A program made the position numbers and the translations under genes. The notes below the pieces were generated by a model. The model was not told the origin of the DNA and did not search any database. It saw nothing but the letters and a program-made list of their open reading frames with translations. This document shows positions 26,649 to 38,092 of a DNA stretch of 64,000 bases, one piece after another. The DNA is taken from the NCBI RefSeq assembly GCF_006345805.1, contig NC_043001.1, positions 14,632,001 to 14,696,000 of the forward strand, read 5' to 3'. The stretch is from Octopus sinensis. Lineage: Eukaryota. How positions within the stretch are numbered: position 1 is the first letter of the stretch; the number at the start of each line of letters is the position of its first letter.

Positions 26649-26650
<2 letters not shown>
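26463..26650 (+). mobile_element. Short fold-back PLE-like module (same family as 55041)
   Basis: GAGTTTCCCGTTGCCGTTCGTCGGAC...GTCCGACGAACGGCAACGGGAAACTC hairpin, then a tail shared with 55425-55520; ends in (TA)n. Confidence 0.75.
26507..26544 (+). ncRNA. Minimal type-I hammerhead ribozyme motif (U4C core variant)
   Basis: CTGT-CCGACGA-ACG[GCAA]CGG-GAAA-CTCAGAG-TA|ACAG: stem I CTGT/ACAG, GUA cleavage triplet, one stem II mismatch. Confidence 0.65.
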
Positions 26651-26682
<32 letters not shown>

Positions 26683-26754
26683 AAAAAAAATTCTATAATT
26701 ATAAGTATAATTATATATGTTAATTATCAGTGATCTCAAATTTAAATTTGAAAT

Positions 26755-26828
26755 ACTATACTGAAGACGGGAATAAGTGAGTAGAAATATGATTTTACAT
26801 CTCTTTAACCCAGAAACGCGTATATAGT
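26755..26828 (+). ncRNA. Type-I hammerhead ribozyme motif with long stem II
   Basis: ACTATA-CTGAAGA-CGGG...CCCA-GAAA-CGCG-TA|TATAGT: perfect 6-bp stem I, palindromic stem III ACGCGT, GUA site. Confidence 0.75.
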
Positions 26829-27217
26829 TAATCTAGGTTGGGTGGATTCATTATTTTTTTTCTCTTTACCTGCGTGAGTTGTAGAGTATTGCTGTCTGGG
26901 AGATATCTTACGGTAGTGGAATAGTATTTAACTGCTATTTCTAAATTTCGGTATATGGTGAAGCAATTTTTGCTGAATCCTAATTATAATTATGCTTGTA
27001 ATTATAGAATTTTTGTATAAGGTTACCGACAATGGTTCTTTTAACATACTGAACTACTTGGTAAAATTATTAATTATTACTTGATTAATTAATTTTACCC
27101 TATTATTTTTGATAATATATATATATATGTAGAAGGTTGAAAAGGAACACATAAGTTGATATATATGGAAAAAAAGTCAAAATAGAAAATGCTAAAATAA
27201 TTTTATAAAAAACATTT

Positions 27218-27253
27218 TAGTACCGGTTTCAGTCATTGAGACTTTTTCAACTT
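27218..27253 (-). ncRNA. Hammerhead-like motif with U3-A8 core
   Basis: Minus strand AAG-TTGAAAA-AGTC[TCAAT]GACT-GAAA-CCGG-TA|CTA; 4-bp stem II, palindromic stem III ACCGGT, weak stem I. Confidence 0.45.
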
Positions 27254-28335
27254 AAGTGTGGAAAACAATTAAACTTTGGAAAAATTAAAAGAAAAGTTTT
27301 TTAAAGAACATTTGCATAGTGGCAAATAGGCGCAGGAGTGGCTGTGTGGTAAGTAGCTTGTTTATGAACCACATGGTTCCGGGTTCAGTCTTCTACTATA
27401 GCCTCGAGCCAACCAAAGCCTTGTGAGTGGATTTGGTAGACGGAAACTGAAAGAAGCCCGTCGTATATATGTATATATATGTATGTGCGTGTATGTTTGT
27501 GTGTCTGTGTTTGTCCTCCTAGCATTGTTTGACAACCGATGCTGGTGTGTTTACGTCCCTGTAACTTAGCGGTTCGGCGAAAGTGACCGATAGAATAAGT
27601 ACTGGGCTTACAAAGAATAAGTCCCGGGCTTGAGTTGCTCGAGTAAAAGCGGTGCACCAGCATGGCCACAGTCAAAATGACTGAAACAAGTAAAAAGAGA
27701 AAAAGAGAAAGAGAGAGAGTGTTCAAATACAAGGGGTATTTTCCTTGTTTCTGCCTGTCTCTGTCTCTCTTGTTTACCCTTGTGGGTTCGAGAGAGAGAG
27801 AGAAACAGGCAAAAACAATGAAAATGTCACTTGTATTTGAATATTCTTTACTCTTTCTTTTCCTTCTTTCAGTCATTTGACTGTGGCCATGCTGAAGCAC
27901 CGCCTTTAGTCAGACAAATCAACCCCAGGACTTATTCTTTGGAAGCCTAGTACTTATTCTATCCATCTCTTTTGCTAAACTGCTAAGTTACGGGGACATA
28001 AATACACCAGCATCGGTTGTCAAGCGGTGTTGGGAGGACAAACACAGACATACAAACATATACACACATACATATATACGACGGGCTTCTTTCAGTTTCC
28101 GTCTACCAAATCCACTCACAAGGCTTTGGTCGGGTTGAGGCTATAGTAGAAGACACTTGCCCAAGGTGCCACGCAGTGGGACTGAACCCGGAACCATGTG
28201 GTTGGTAAACAAGCTACTTACCACACAGCCACTCCTACACCTATGCAAATATTCTTTTAAAAAACTTTTCTTTTAATTTTTCCAAAATTTAATTGTTTTC
28301 CATACTTACAGCTGAAAAAGTCTCAATGACCGAAC
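27218..28335. repeat. ~1.1-kb degenerate fold-back: HHR module + SINE A in each arm
   Basis: 27232-27325 is the reverse complement of about 28243-28331; SINE A (+) 27327-27700 faces SINE A (-) 27855-28243; inner TTCAAATACAAG...CTGCCTGT / ACAGGCA...CTTGTATTTGAA arms close a loop at about 27771-27790. Confidence 0.8.
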
Positions 28336-28828
28336 CCAGACCATGAGGTTGGTAGGCAAGCTACTTACCACACAGCCACTCCTACACCTAAAAATGAAGC
28401 AAAGACGAAGTTGACCATAGTGAGATTCGAACTTGAGGATCGTATTTATTCCGGTGCTCTAACAATTCAGCCAGGTCACTGGAAGTCACATTTCTAGAAG
28501 ATGTTCAGTCAATTTATCGATAAAATTACTTTAATAATAATAAAACCATGTTTCCTTTATGTCTAAGTAAATGATAATAAGAAACCAAGAATAAAGAATT
28601 TAATAATTAAAATAAGCACGTAGATCATACACACCAAAGTAAATTTGATCGCATAGATCACACGCCAAAGTAGCACCAATAATTCTTTCTCTTATGAATA
28701 CAAGGCCTGAAATTTTGCCGGTTGAGACTAGTCAATTGCATGGATTCCAGTGCTTAAAAAGTGCTTATTTTATTGTTCTCAAAAGGATGGAAGACAAATT
28801 ATACCTCAGTGGTATTTTAACTCAGGAA

Positions 28829-29063
28829 GGGCGGTGAGCTGGCAGAATCATTAGCACGCCGGGCAAAATGCGTAGCCGTATTTCGTCTGCCTTTATGTTC
28901 TGAGTTCAAATTCCGCCAAAGTCGACTTTGCCTTTCATCCTTTCGGGGGTCGATAAATTAAGTACCAGTTACGCACTGGGGTCGATATAATCGATTTAAT
29001 CTGTCTGTCTGTCCTTGTTTGTCCCCTCTGTGTTTAGCCCCTTGTGGGTAGTAAAGAAATAGG
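28829..29063 (+). mobile_element. SINE family B, full length
   Basis: GGCGGTGAGCTGGCAGAATC head, GAGTTCAAATTCC B-box, central GCCTTTCATCCTTTCGGGGGTCGATAAATTAAGTACCAG block (resembles Deu/Nin-type central domains). Confidence 0.9.
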
Positions 29064-30299
29064 TAATTTAACACAGGAAGTAAAGTGTCAGAGGATGTGC
29101 CGCTAAGCATTTTTTCCAACGTGGTAACGATTCTGCCAGGACATTGCCTTAACAATAACAATAATAGCTGCATCAGGTTATAGTTATTCCATAATGAGAG
29201 GAAATATTGGGCGTTTCTCAGGAACTGAACACTCCATTTTAGATTATCAATGAAGGAGGGTAAGCCATAAAATCCATCGGATGGTTCATTGACAAGAAGA
29301 GTTCCAAACGATGTGACAACTTTAGCCATCATCAAAAGAAATACCTTGTACCATATTTAAGTACTTCCTGCTGCTTATATTCTTAGCAATCCAGCACTGA
29401 TGGGTTTGTCTTTTTTTTTCTTTTTTACATGGATGGTCATAATTATACAGAATGTATACAGAGACAGTTAATCACTTGTATATTTTCTACACAGTGTTTA
29501 ACGAACTAAATTGACTTGCTAGTGTTTTCCACGATACAGAGATAATGAGAAAAGCTTGTTAGAAACAGCAAGGATTGTTTTGGAGCCAGCAACAATAACC
29601 GTAACCCTAACAACAACAACAGTCTTAACCAAAAGCCTAACAGCAACAACAACAGCAACATTTGCAGCTACCACAACATAGGTAACTGCTTCAATTAATT
29701 TTGTAGTATTTAGTGCTTTAGTGAATATCTAGTCGTAAAATATATCACAAACAAACAAGGAAATAAACTCTACTTTCAGGATGTAAAACTATGCCAAACT
29801 TGCAGAGCAAAAATAGTCTCGAATATATTTTGGTCTTTAGTGAAAGATCTCCAAATCTATTGGGCCAACATTGGACAGTGCTTTACATTGTAAACTGGCA
29901 AATAACCAACTATTTATTCTTAGTAAATGAGACCAAGAATGAATGGTCTTGTTCATTTCCTATCCATGAATGCATATTTTAGAGGTGTCGCAGCTTTTGT
30001 CTTGTTAGTAATCTGAACCGTGTTGAAAATTGAAAAATATAGAGAGAATTTATTGTTGTTTGGTTTCAAGTTAACCCTGACCCAGAAAACCCACGATGAA
30101 AGGCATTCCGTCCCTAATTGCACCAATGCAACCCTTGATGTAACACATCTAACCTCATTTATCATTGATTAATTCATCACTGATCTGATATAACACAGTA
30201 GGATCGATCGATGGTGAACCATGTCACGCTTACTTCGAATTGATCTGTGATAACACAGGTCAGCGAGGGTATTTTTTAGTTATTTTTATATTATTTACT

Positions 30300-30479
30300 C
30301 TTTTACTCTCTCTTTTACTTGTTTCAGTTATTTGACTGCGGCCATGCTGGAGCACCGCCTTTAGTCGAGCAAATCGATCCCCGGGACTTATTCTTTGTAA
30401 GCCCAGTACTTATTCTATCGGGCTCTTTTGCCGAACCGCTAAGTGACGGGGACATAAACACACACAAACACACACACAT

Positions 30480-30530
<51 letters not shown>

Positions 30531-30620
30531 TACGACAGGCTTCTTTCAGTTTCCGTCTACCAAATCCACTCACAAGGCATTGGTCGGCCCGGGGCTATAG
30601 CAGAAGACACTTGCCCATGA
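30300..30620 (-). mobile_element. SINE family A, head truncated
   Basis: Reverse-complement tail and body. Confidence 0.85.
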
Positions 30621-30651
30621 TGCCAAGATGTCTTTATCTAGGACTACATTA

Positions 30652-31180
30652 TCTCTTATATAAAATCCATTCTGTCTGTCTGTCTGTGTGTCTTCTCAGA
30701 TCTTGGGCACCCTCCATCCGATTGCGCTCAAATTTGATATGTCGATACCAACGGTATCAGGGAGTGTATAAGTCTAAAAAAATTACAAAAATCAATTCCA
30801 GGTGAGAATGCAATCGATAAAGCCATTTTTGCCCTGCCTTTCTTCTGTCAACCTGTACATAACTACACCTTCCATTTTTTGTTGTTTTTGTACTGCTTAA
30901 ATGCACGTTTCTTTCCTTCCAAGCTTACTGTTTAAACCATGTTTGTGTTCTCCCAGTCAACAGCCTTATCATTACTGGTACTTTAAACTCTTCAGTTGCA
31001 TATTTGTGTGAATAAAATCGTTTTTCTTTGGAATAGAAAAAAAAAGTCTATCTTTATTTCTTCTTTTGCTGGTGTCTCAAATTTAGGTTAAATCAGTGTT
31101 TCTCAAAGGGGAGGCCTATGGGACGGTCGGACAAGTTGTTTTGAGAAAATTCGGTTTAAATGTTTGACAACTCAGCACCG
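30652..31180 (+). mobile_element. Probable non-autonomous Helitron, 3' end missing
   Basis: A|TCTCTTATATAAAA...(TGTC)n start, similar in style to the 5' end of the 45182-45565 element; no CTAG terminus found. Confidence 0.45.
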
Positions 31181-31344
31181 TCCATCGACCTATATTTTTT
31201 CCTTACTAAACTGACAGTATAGTGTGTGATTTGCGGAAGATTTCGCTGTTATTTCTAGCGTGTTGATCGGCCACAAAGAGACTTGGTTAGCTCATGTTGA
31301 GAGAAGTGAACCTTACTGTTGCTGACATATAAAATATTATTAAT

Positions 31345-31785
31345 GTTGAGGCAAGTGAAATTGAAATCAAATTCGATGACTGGCATTCGTGCTAGCAGGG
31401 TGCCAAGAGCACCATATGAGTGTGATCGTTGACAGAGCGGCTAACCGGCTTCCATGCTGGTGGCACATAAAAGGCACCATTTGAGCGTGATCGTTACCAG
31501 AGTCGCCTTACTGGCACTTGTGCCGGTGGCACGTATAAAGACATTCGAGCGAGATCGTTGCCAGTACCGCCTGACTGGCCCCCATGCCGGTGGCACGTAA
31601 AAGCACCCACTACACTCTCGAAGTGGTTGGCATTAGGAAGGGCATCCTGCTGTAGAAACTCTGTGAGATCAAGATTGGAGCCTGGTGCAGCCATCCGGTT
31701 CGCCAGCCCTCAATCAAATTGTCCAACACATGCTGGCATGGAAAGCTGACGTTAATCGATGATGAGGATGATGATGATGATGATC
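31345..31785 (+). mobile_element. Family D (RTE-type tail with subrepeats)
   Basis: GAGGCAAGTGAAATTGAAATC start, ~70-bp subrepeats, (GAT)n tail. Confidence 0.85.
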
Positions 31786-32039
31786 TAACTCATCCAGGCA
31801 GACTAGTACAATTAGCAATGTCTCTCCGCCTTCTCTCTCTCAAACCACTATGATACTTTCGTTATTGTCTTCATTTCATGCAAATTATCTGACATAACTT
31901 GTAGTTAGTTGAGCTATTTGATGTTTTCACTATCTCCGTATTTCGTGGAAAACATTAGTAAGTCTTTTGGCTGCCTAAATACTATGTAGAAAATGTTATC
32001 TATGCTTATCTGTTCATACACACATTCTGTATAATTATA

Positions 32040-32417
32040 TACTCTTTTACTTGTTTCAGTCATTTGACTGTGGCCATGCTGGAGCACCACTTTAGTCGAG
32101 CAAATTGTCCCCCCCAGGACTTATTCTTTGTAAGCCTAATACTTATTCTATCAGTCTCTTTTGCCGAACCGCTAAGTTACAGGGACGTAAACACACCAGC
32201 ATCGGGTGTCAAGCGATGTTGGGGGGGACAAACACAGACACACAAACATATACACACACATACATATATACGACGGGCTTCTTTCAGTTTCTGTCTACCA
32301 AATCTACTCACAAAGCTTTGGTCGGGTTGAGGCTATAGTAGAAGACACTTGCCCAAGATGCCACGCAGAGGGACTGAACCCAGAACCATGTAGTTCATAA
32401 GCAAGCTACTTACCACA
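32040..32417 (-). mobile_element. SINE family A
   Basis: Reverse-complement consensus; truncates the adjacent Merlin fossil. Confidence 0.9.
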
Positions 32418-32429
32418 TGATGAGGATGA

Positions 32430-32802
32430 TGATGATGGGGTGTGGAGTAAATCCTCTGCACATACCTCAGGTAAGTAATGGTTGTAATCAAGAGATGCTG
32501 ACTCCTAACTCCTCCACACAAAACCGAACTGCAGTCCATTCCTTCAACCAGGGTTTCAAAAACAAATTCCCAATCTTAAAAAGAGTTCTACCTTCCAGCC
32601 ATGTGCCTGTTCTCACACAGACAGATTCATGGTATTTGTTCTTGCTGCAGCACCAACAGATACAGCCATGATATCTACTTCCATGGTGATAACCAGTTGT
32701 CTCCAACATAACTTTATCATAACATCCGTTTCCTGAAAAGACGTTGTTCCATGCTCCGTCTTTCTCCGACAATTTCACGAAATTCACTGTTGAATAGCTC
32801 AT
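32430..32802 (-). pseudogene. Merlin (IS1016/ISXO2-like) transposase N-terminal fossil
   Basis: MSYS...CWCCSKNKYHESVCVRTGTWLEGRTL...EWTAVRFCVEELGVS, frameshift, then DYNHYLPEVCAEDLLHTP. Matches the Merlin pattern WRC..SIRxGTWFExS...SIKFCExELG...DWNNYLREVC. Confidence 0.7.
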
Positions 32803-32959
32803 TTTGTGCAAAAATAATCTTGTATTTAAGACAAGGGCAAATAAATAAAATTTGCTGCAATCGTTCAAAGGATCTGAGCTGGAAACAAGAAACAGTGATA
32901 GGGGGATAACGATATACACAAATGAGGGGCGTAACCAGCCCACTTGTGTGTACCTTTTC

Positions 32960-33560
32960 CTTCTTTAGACACTAAACTCTGCTTGCGAAGACCTGTTGAA
33001 GCAAGTGAAATCGAAATCAAAATCAAAGTGAAATTCGATGACGGGCACGAGCACCATACGAGCGTGATCGTTGACAGAGCAGCTAAATGGCTTCCATGCC
33101 AGTGGCACATAAAAGGCACCATTCGAGTGTGATTGTTACCAGCATCGCCTTACTGGCACCTGTGCCCCTTGCTAGTAAGAGCACCATCTGAGCGTGATCG
33201 TTGCCAGAGCGGCTAACTGGCCTCCGTGCTCGTGGCACGTAAAAGACACCATTCGAGCATGATCATTACCAGCATCGCTGTACTGGCACCTGTGCTGTTG
33301 GCATGTGTAGAAAAAAAAAACAATTCGAACGAGGTCGTTGCCAGTACCGCCTGACTGGCGTTCGTGCTGATGGCATGTAAAAGCACCCACTACACTCTCG
33401 GAGTGGTTGGCATTAGGAAGGGCATCCAGCTGTAGAAACTCTGCCAGATCAAGATTGGAGCCTGGTGCAGCCATCTGGTTCGCCAGCCCACAGTCAAACC
33501 ATCCAACCCATGCCAGCATGGAAAGCAGACGTTAAACGATGATGATGATGATGATGATGA
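32960..33560 (+). mobile_element. Family D (RTE-type tail with subrepeats)
   Basis: Same organisation as 31345-31785. Confidence 0.85.
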
Positions 33561-33656
33561 ATACTATTCTCTGGAAAACAGACAATTGCGATTTCCAGTA
33601 TGTTAGCAATGGAGGCTTCCGATTGGCTAAGATTTAACAACTTTAAAGCCTGGTAA

Positions 33657-33805
33657 CTATGTATGCTTTGTTTGAATTAATGTTCGCCTGCAAAAGAGTT
33701 TAATCTTCGGTCCCATGTCAGCCACGACCTCTTTGAGTTGGTTCCGGTTGTCATAGGTACCTCCTTGGGGAGTTTCTTCAGTTGTTAATGTTACAAATGG
33801 ATCTT
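33657..33805 (-). CDS. Candidate exon (EDPFVTLTTEETPQGGTYDNRNQLKEVVADMGPKIKLFCRRTLIQTKHT*)
   Basis: GCCCTGTATTTTGCAG acceptor, one open frame; LKEVVADMGPKIKLF loosely resembles a SAM-domain helix motif. Confidence 0.2.
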
Positions 33806-33897
33806 CTGCAAAATACAGGGCGCTGAATATGCAGGAGAAACCACAGAAGCTGGTTTTTGTTGGTGTTTGTTGAGTCTGCTTGTTGCGTGTGTGTGTC

Positions 33898-33930
<33 letters not shown>

Positions 33931-34589
33931 GTCTGTGCTTGTGTATGTGTGTGTGTGAGAGAGTGTGCATGTCTCTGTGTGTGTGTGTGTATGACATATG
34001 CGCGTGTGTTTGTGTGATGTGTGTGTATGTTTGTGTCCTGCATGGCAAATGATAGATTTCAGTGGTCCAACATGGTGAATTTATTTATAAGAGCATACAC
34101 GAGGAGAATCACTATATCTGAAGGCATAGTTGTATTGTTAAGAAACTCGCTTTGGTACCATGGAGTTTTGGGTTCATTCTCTTCTGTGCCAGGCCAGGGG
34201 CAAGAGTTTTCTACTATAACTCCAGGCCAACCAATGCTTTGTGTGTGAATTTAATCCATTTGTTCCGAAATTTTTTCTAGTGAATGAAATTGCCTGAAAA
34301 TCCACAGATACCATTATTTTGACCTAAATAACAGCTGAAAAATATTTCATTGAAATCCGTTTGATACAGACTGCATATGAGTTAAGAACATGTTTCATCC
34401 TTTGATACAGATCATACACAAATCACAATTTGTATCAAGTATTTGTTTTATACCCTTATAAATTGTCAGTTATAAATGGACGATTGGCAAGAATGGGTTA
34501 ATAGACGGAAGCTTTTATGTATATAAATATATGAAAAACAAAAAATAAAACCAGCTACTTACCTCTTACATTAAAAAATAAAGTTGCTT

Positions 34590-34600
34590 TATTTAAATAT

Positions 34601-34687
<87 letters not shown>

Positions 34688-34967
34688 GTGTGTGTATATA
34701 TATTATATATATATTATATATATATATATATATATTAGGAAGGGCATCCAGCTGTAGAAACATTGCCAGATAAGACCGGAGCCTGGTGCAGCCTTCTGGC
34801 TTCCCAGATCCCCGGTCGAACCGTCCAACCCATGCTAGCATGGAGAACGGACGTTAAACGATGATGATGATGATGATGATATATATATGTATATATATAT
34901 ATGTATATGTATATGTATATATATATATGTATATATATATATATGTATATGTATATATGTATATATA

Positions 34968-35008
<41 letters not shown>

Positions 35009-35060
35009 TATATTATATGTATATATATATATGTGTGTGTATATATATATATATATATAT
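34590..35060. repeat. (TA)n tracts enclosing a family D 3' fragment (34735-34880)
   Basis: Direct reading. Confidence 0.9.
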
Positions 35061-35335
35061 ACCTCCTTCTCTTGCACTCTCCTGTCTTTGGAAGAACTTT
35101 TTCTTTATCCATTCCTTTCCAGTCATTTCAATATGTAACAGTGTGTGTATCGTTGGCGATTTTCTTTCTCCGTCTTCCCTTATTTGGAATTTTTCTATAT
35201 TTCTGCCGAAGAGCTCTGCTAGAAAAGAGAAATCCTCTTTCTTGTCTTTCCTTTCCTGAGCGTCCAATAACACTGTACTTATTCCACGTCTTCGCGTTGT
35301 TGTTTTTCCTTGCTGTTCATGTTTGGATTGATTAA
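35060..35335 (+). mobile_element. PLE pseudo-LTR-like module with decayed HHR, flanked by (TA)n
   Basis: ATTT-CTGCCGA-A-GAGC[TCT]GCTA-GAAA..AAATCC at 35197-35235; downstream sequence homologous to 38125-38215. Confidence 0.55.
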
Positions 35336-35351
35336 TATATATATATATATA

Positions 35352-35758
35352 TTCTTTTTCTTGTTTCAGTCATTTGACTGCGTCCATGCTGGGGCACCAC
35401 CTTGAAAGGTTTTTAGTCAAACAAATCAATCCCAGAACTTATTTTTTAAGCCTAAAACCTCTTCTGTTGGCCTCTTTTGCCGAACCGCTATGTTATGGGG
35501 ATGTAAACACACTAACACCGGTTGTCAAGTGCAGGTGAAGGGAACAAGCACAGACACATAGATGCACGCACCCCTCCACACACACACACTCACACAACAG
35601 GTTTATTTCAGTTTCCATCTACCAAATCCACTCACAAGGCTTAGGTTGGCCCAAGGTTATAGTAGAAGACACTTGTCAAAGGAAGGTGCCACACAGTGGG
35701 ACTGAACCCGGAACCATGTGGTTCAGAAGCAAGCTTCTTACCACACAGCTATGCCTGT
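35352..35758 (-). mobile_element. SINE family A, diverged
   Basis: Reverse-complement head and tail. Confidence 0.8.
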
Positions 35759-36039
35759 GACTATAACAATTTAACACATTTCCAACCCTTTCTCATTATT
35801 TTCCTACTATGTATGTGTGTGTGTTTGCCGCCCCATCATAAGGTTGGTTTGTTTACGTCCCCGTAACTAAGCGTTTTGGCCGAAAGAGACCGATAGAAAA
35901 AGAGCCAAACTTAAAAATACATACTGCTGTCAATTGTTCAATGAAAGCCTTCGGGATAGTGCTCCAGTATGGCCACCATCTGATGGCTGAAACAAGTAAA
36001 AGGCACAAAATGTGAAAATATTTTATTTATCATGAAATA

Positions 36040-36570
36040 GGCTATGACGAAAGACTGAGACCTCTGGGGATAAGCTGTGACTTTGAAGACCCGACAAATG
36101 AAGTGAGTTCATGGCTCACAGGACGGCCTGCTGTGCTAACCTTGGATCATAGAGTGACCCACTGTTCTTGAGGAGACCTATGGAGTCAAATACGTTAACA
36201 CCAACATCAAAATACAAATCAAATGGAAATTGTAGTTAAGATACCCGTGCCGGTGACATGTTAAAAGCATCGTCCGAACTTGGCAGATGCCAATGCCGCC
36301 TGACTGGCGTCTGTGTCGGTGACACGTAAAAACACTAATCGATCGTGGCTGTTCACCAGCCCCCTCTGGCCCCTGTGCTGGTGGCACGTAAAAATCACCC
36401 ACTACACTCACAGAGTGGTTGGCGTTAGGAAGGGCATCCAGCTGTAGAACCTCTGCCAGATCAGATCGGAGCCTGGTGCAGCGCACTGGCTTGCCAGTTC
36501 TCGGTTAAACCGTCCAACCCATGCCAGCATGGAAAGCAGACATTAAACGATGATGATTATGATGAATGTG
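36040..36570 (+). mobile_element. RTE-like LINE 3' end continuing into family D tail
   Basis: Degenerate end-of-ORF-like segment followed by family D subrepeats and (GAT)n. Confidence 0.6.
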
Positions 36571-36841
36571 AATAAATAAACATGATGATGATGATGATTC
36601 ATTCTGATCTTAAAGTATAGTTCTGCAGAGTTTTTGTAAATTCCCTACAAAATATTTCTCTGCAAAAGACCCATTTTTAATTTTCATTTCCGCCACATTA
36701 TCGATGCCATGTCTGCACATAACTTAGAATTATTATTCACGCATGAGAAAGCAATGCAAAAAATTACAGCACTTGATAAGAATTAATTTTTTAATTCAAA
36801 AACTCAATATATGTAATAGATACTACGAGTGTACATTTCAG

Positions 36842-36871
36842 GTCAATCAGGCTCTGTTACAAATACATAAG
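36842..36871 (+). CDS. Candidate 30-nt micro-exon (VNQALLQIHK)
   Basis: TACATTTCAG acceptor, AAG|GTATTT donor, phase 0-0. Confidence 0.2.
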
Positions 36872-37173
36872 GTATTTGGATGTTTAGTGCAGTGGTTAGT
36901 CACTATGCTTTGGGTGGTTACAGTGTGAGGTAGGTTACGCGTGTAGGCAATGAGTAGACTTATGTTTCAGTTTTCTAAAAAGAAGTACTTTGAGAGAAAA
37001 GTTGGACCTAAGAAGCATCAGAGGTGGTGTGCAAGAGAGATGACTGCACTGGTAGATGACTACACTGTAGAAACTCTGCCAGATCAAGATTGGAGCCTGG
37101 TGCAGCCATCTGGTTCGCCAGCGCTCAGTCAAAATTGTCCAACTCATGCTAGCATGGAAAGCAGACATTAAAC

Positions 37174-37204
<31 letters not shown>

Positions 37205-37533
37205 GTGTCATCGTATTTACAAAAGAACATCTAATAAGTTAATGAAACAATGTTCATTGAACATAACAATTAGGCATCTTGGATCTTTACCTTTTGACCG
37301 ACAGATTTAAAAAATAATTTTTTGTAACTAAACACTTTCAAACTTCGGACACTGGTAGAATGTGTCATATAAAACATCTTTTACTCTTAGCATTTTTGAG
37401 AAAAACTTATATTTATGAAGTTATTTCACATTAAAGTTGTCGTATTTCGGTAATTTCAACCAATCAATGATGTGTATTCAGCTGAATAAAATTACTGCCG
37501 TTGTTTGTCAACAAGAACTTCCTGCGGTGTATA

Positions 37534-37665
37534 TTTCGTTTGTCATTGTTATTTATGACAGCCCTAACCCTAAAACCCTAACCCTAAAACCTTAACCCTG
37601 ACCGTAAAACCTTAAAACTAGTACAAACACAATAATGATGTCGTAAATAACACTGACAAACGAAA
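37534..37665. repeat. Telomere-like (CCCTAA variant) tract flanked by a 27-bp inverted repeat
   Basis: TTTCGTTTGTCATTGTTATTTATGACA / TGTCGTAAATAACACTGACAAACGAAA (2 mismatches) around CCCTAACCCTAAAACCCTAACCCTAAAA. Confidence 0.75.
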
Positions 37666-38092
37666 AATTGTGTATGTATATGTGTGTGTGTGTGTCCCAA
37701 CATTGCTTGACAACCAATGCTGGTGTGTTTACGTCCCCGTAACTTAGCAGTTATATATACAACGGGCTTCTTTCAGTTTCCGTCTACCAAATCCTCTCAC
37801 AAGGCTTTGGTCGGTCCAAGGCTATAGTAAAAGACACTTGCCCAAGGTGCCACACAGTGGGACTGAACCCGGAACCATGTGGTTCGTAAGCAAGCTACTT
37901 ACCACACAGCCACACCTACGCCTATATATTTTTTTATTATTTTTATACTTTGTATATATTTATTTTATTGTAAATGCAAAACAACACCACGGAGGAATCG
38001 ACGTAAGCTTAGTGAACCGTGATATGGCCAGGGATTACAATACATATACATACATACATGCATATATACATATGGATCTTTCCTTTTCCTAC

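Noticed and set aside
31345-31620. CRISPR-like array in family D subrepeats (also 7060-7340, 33040-33400)
   Set aside because: Eukaryotic context, degenerate contiguous tandem units without unique spacers, no cas genes.
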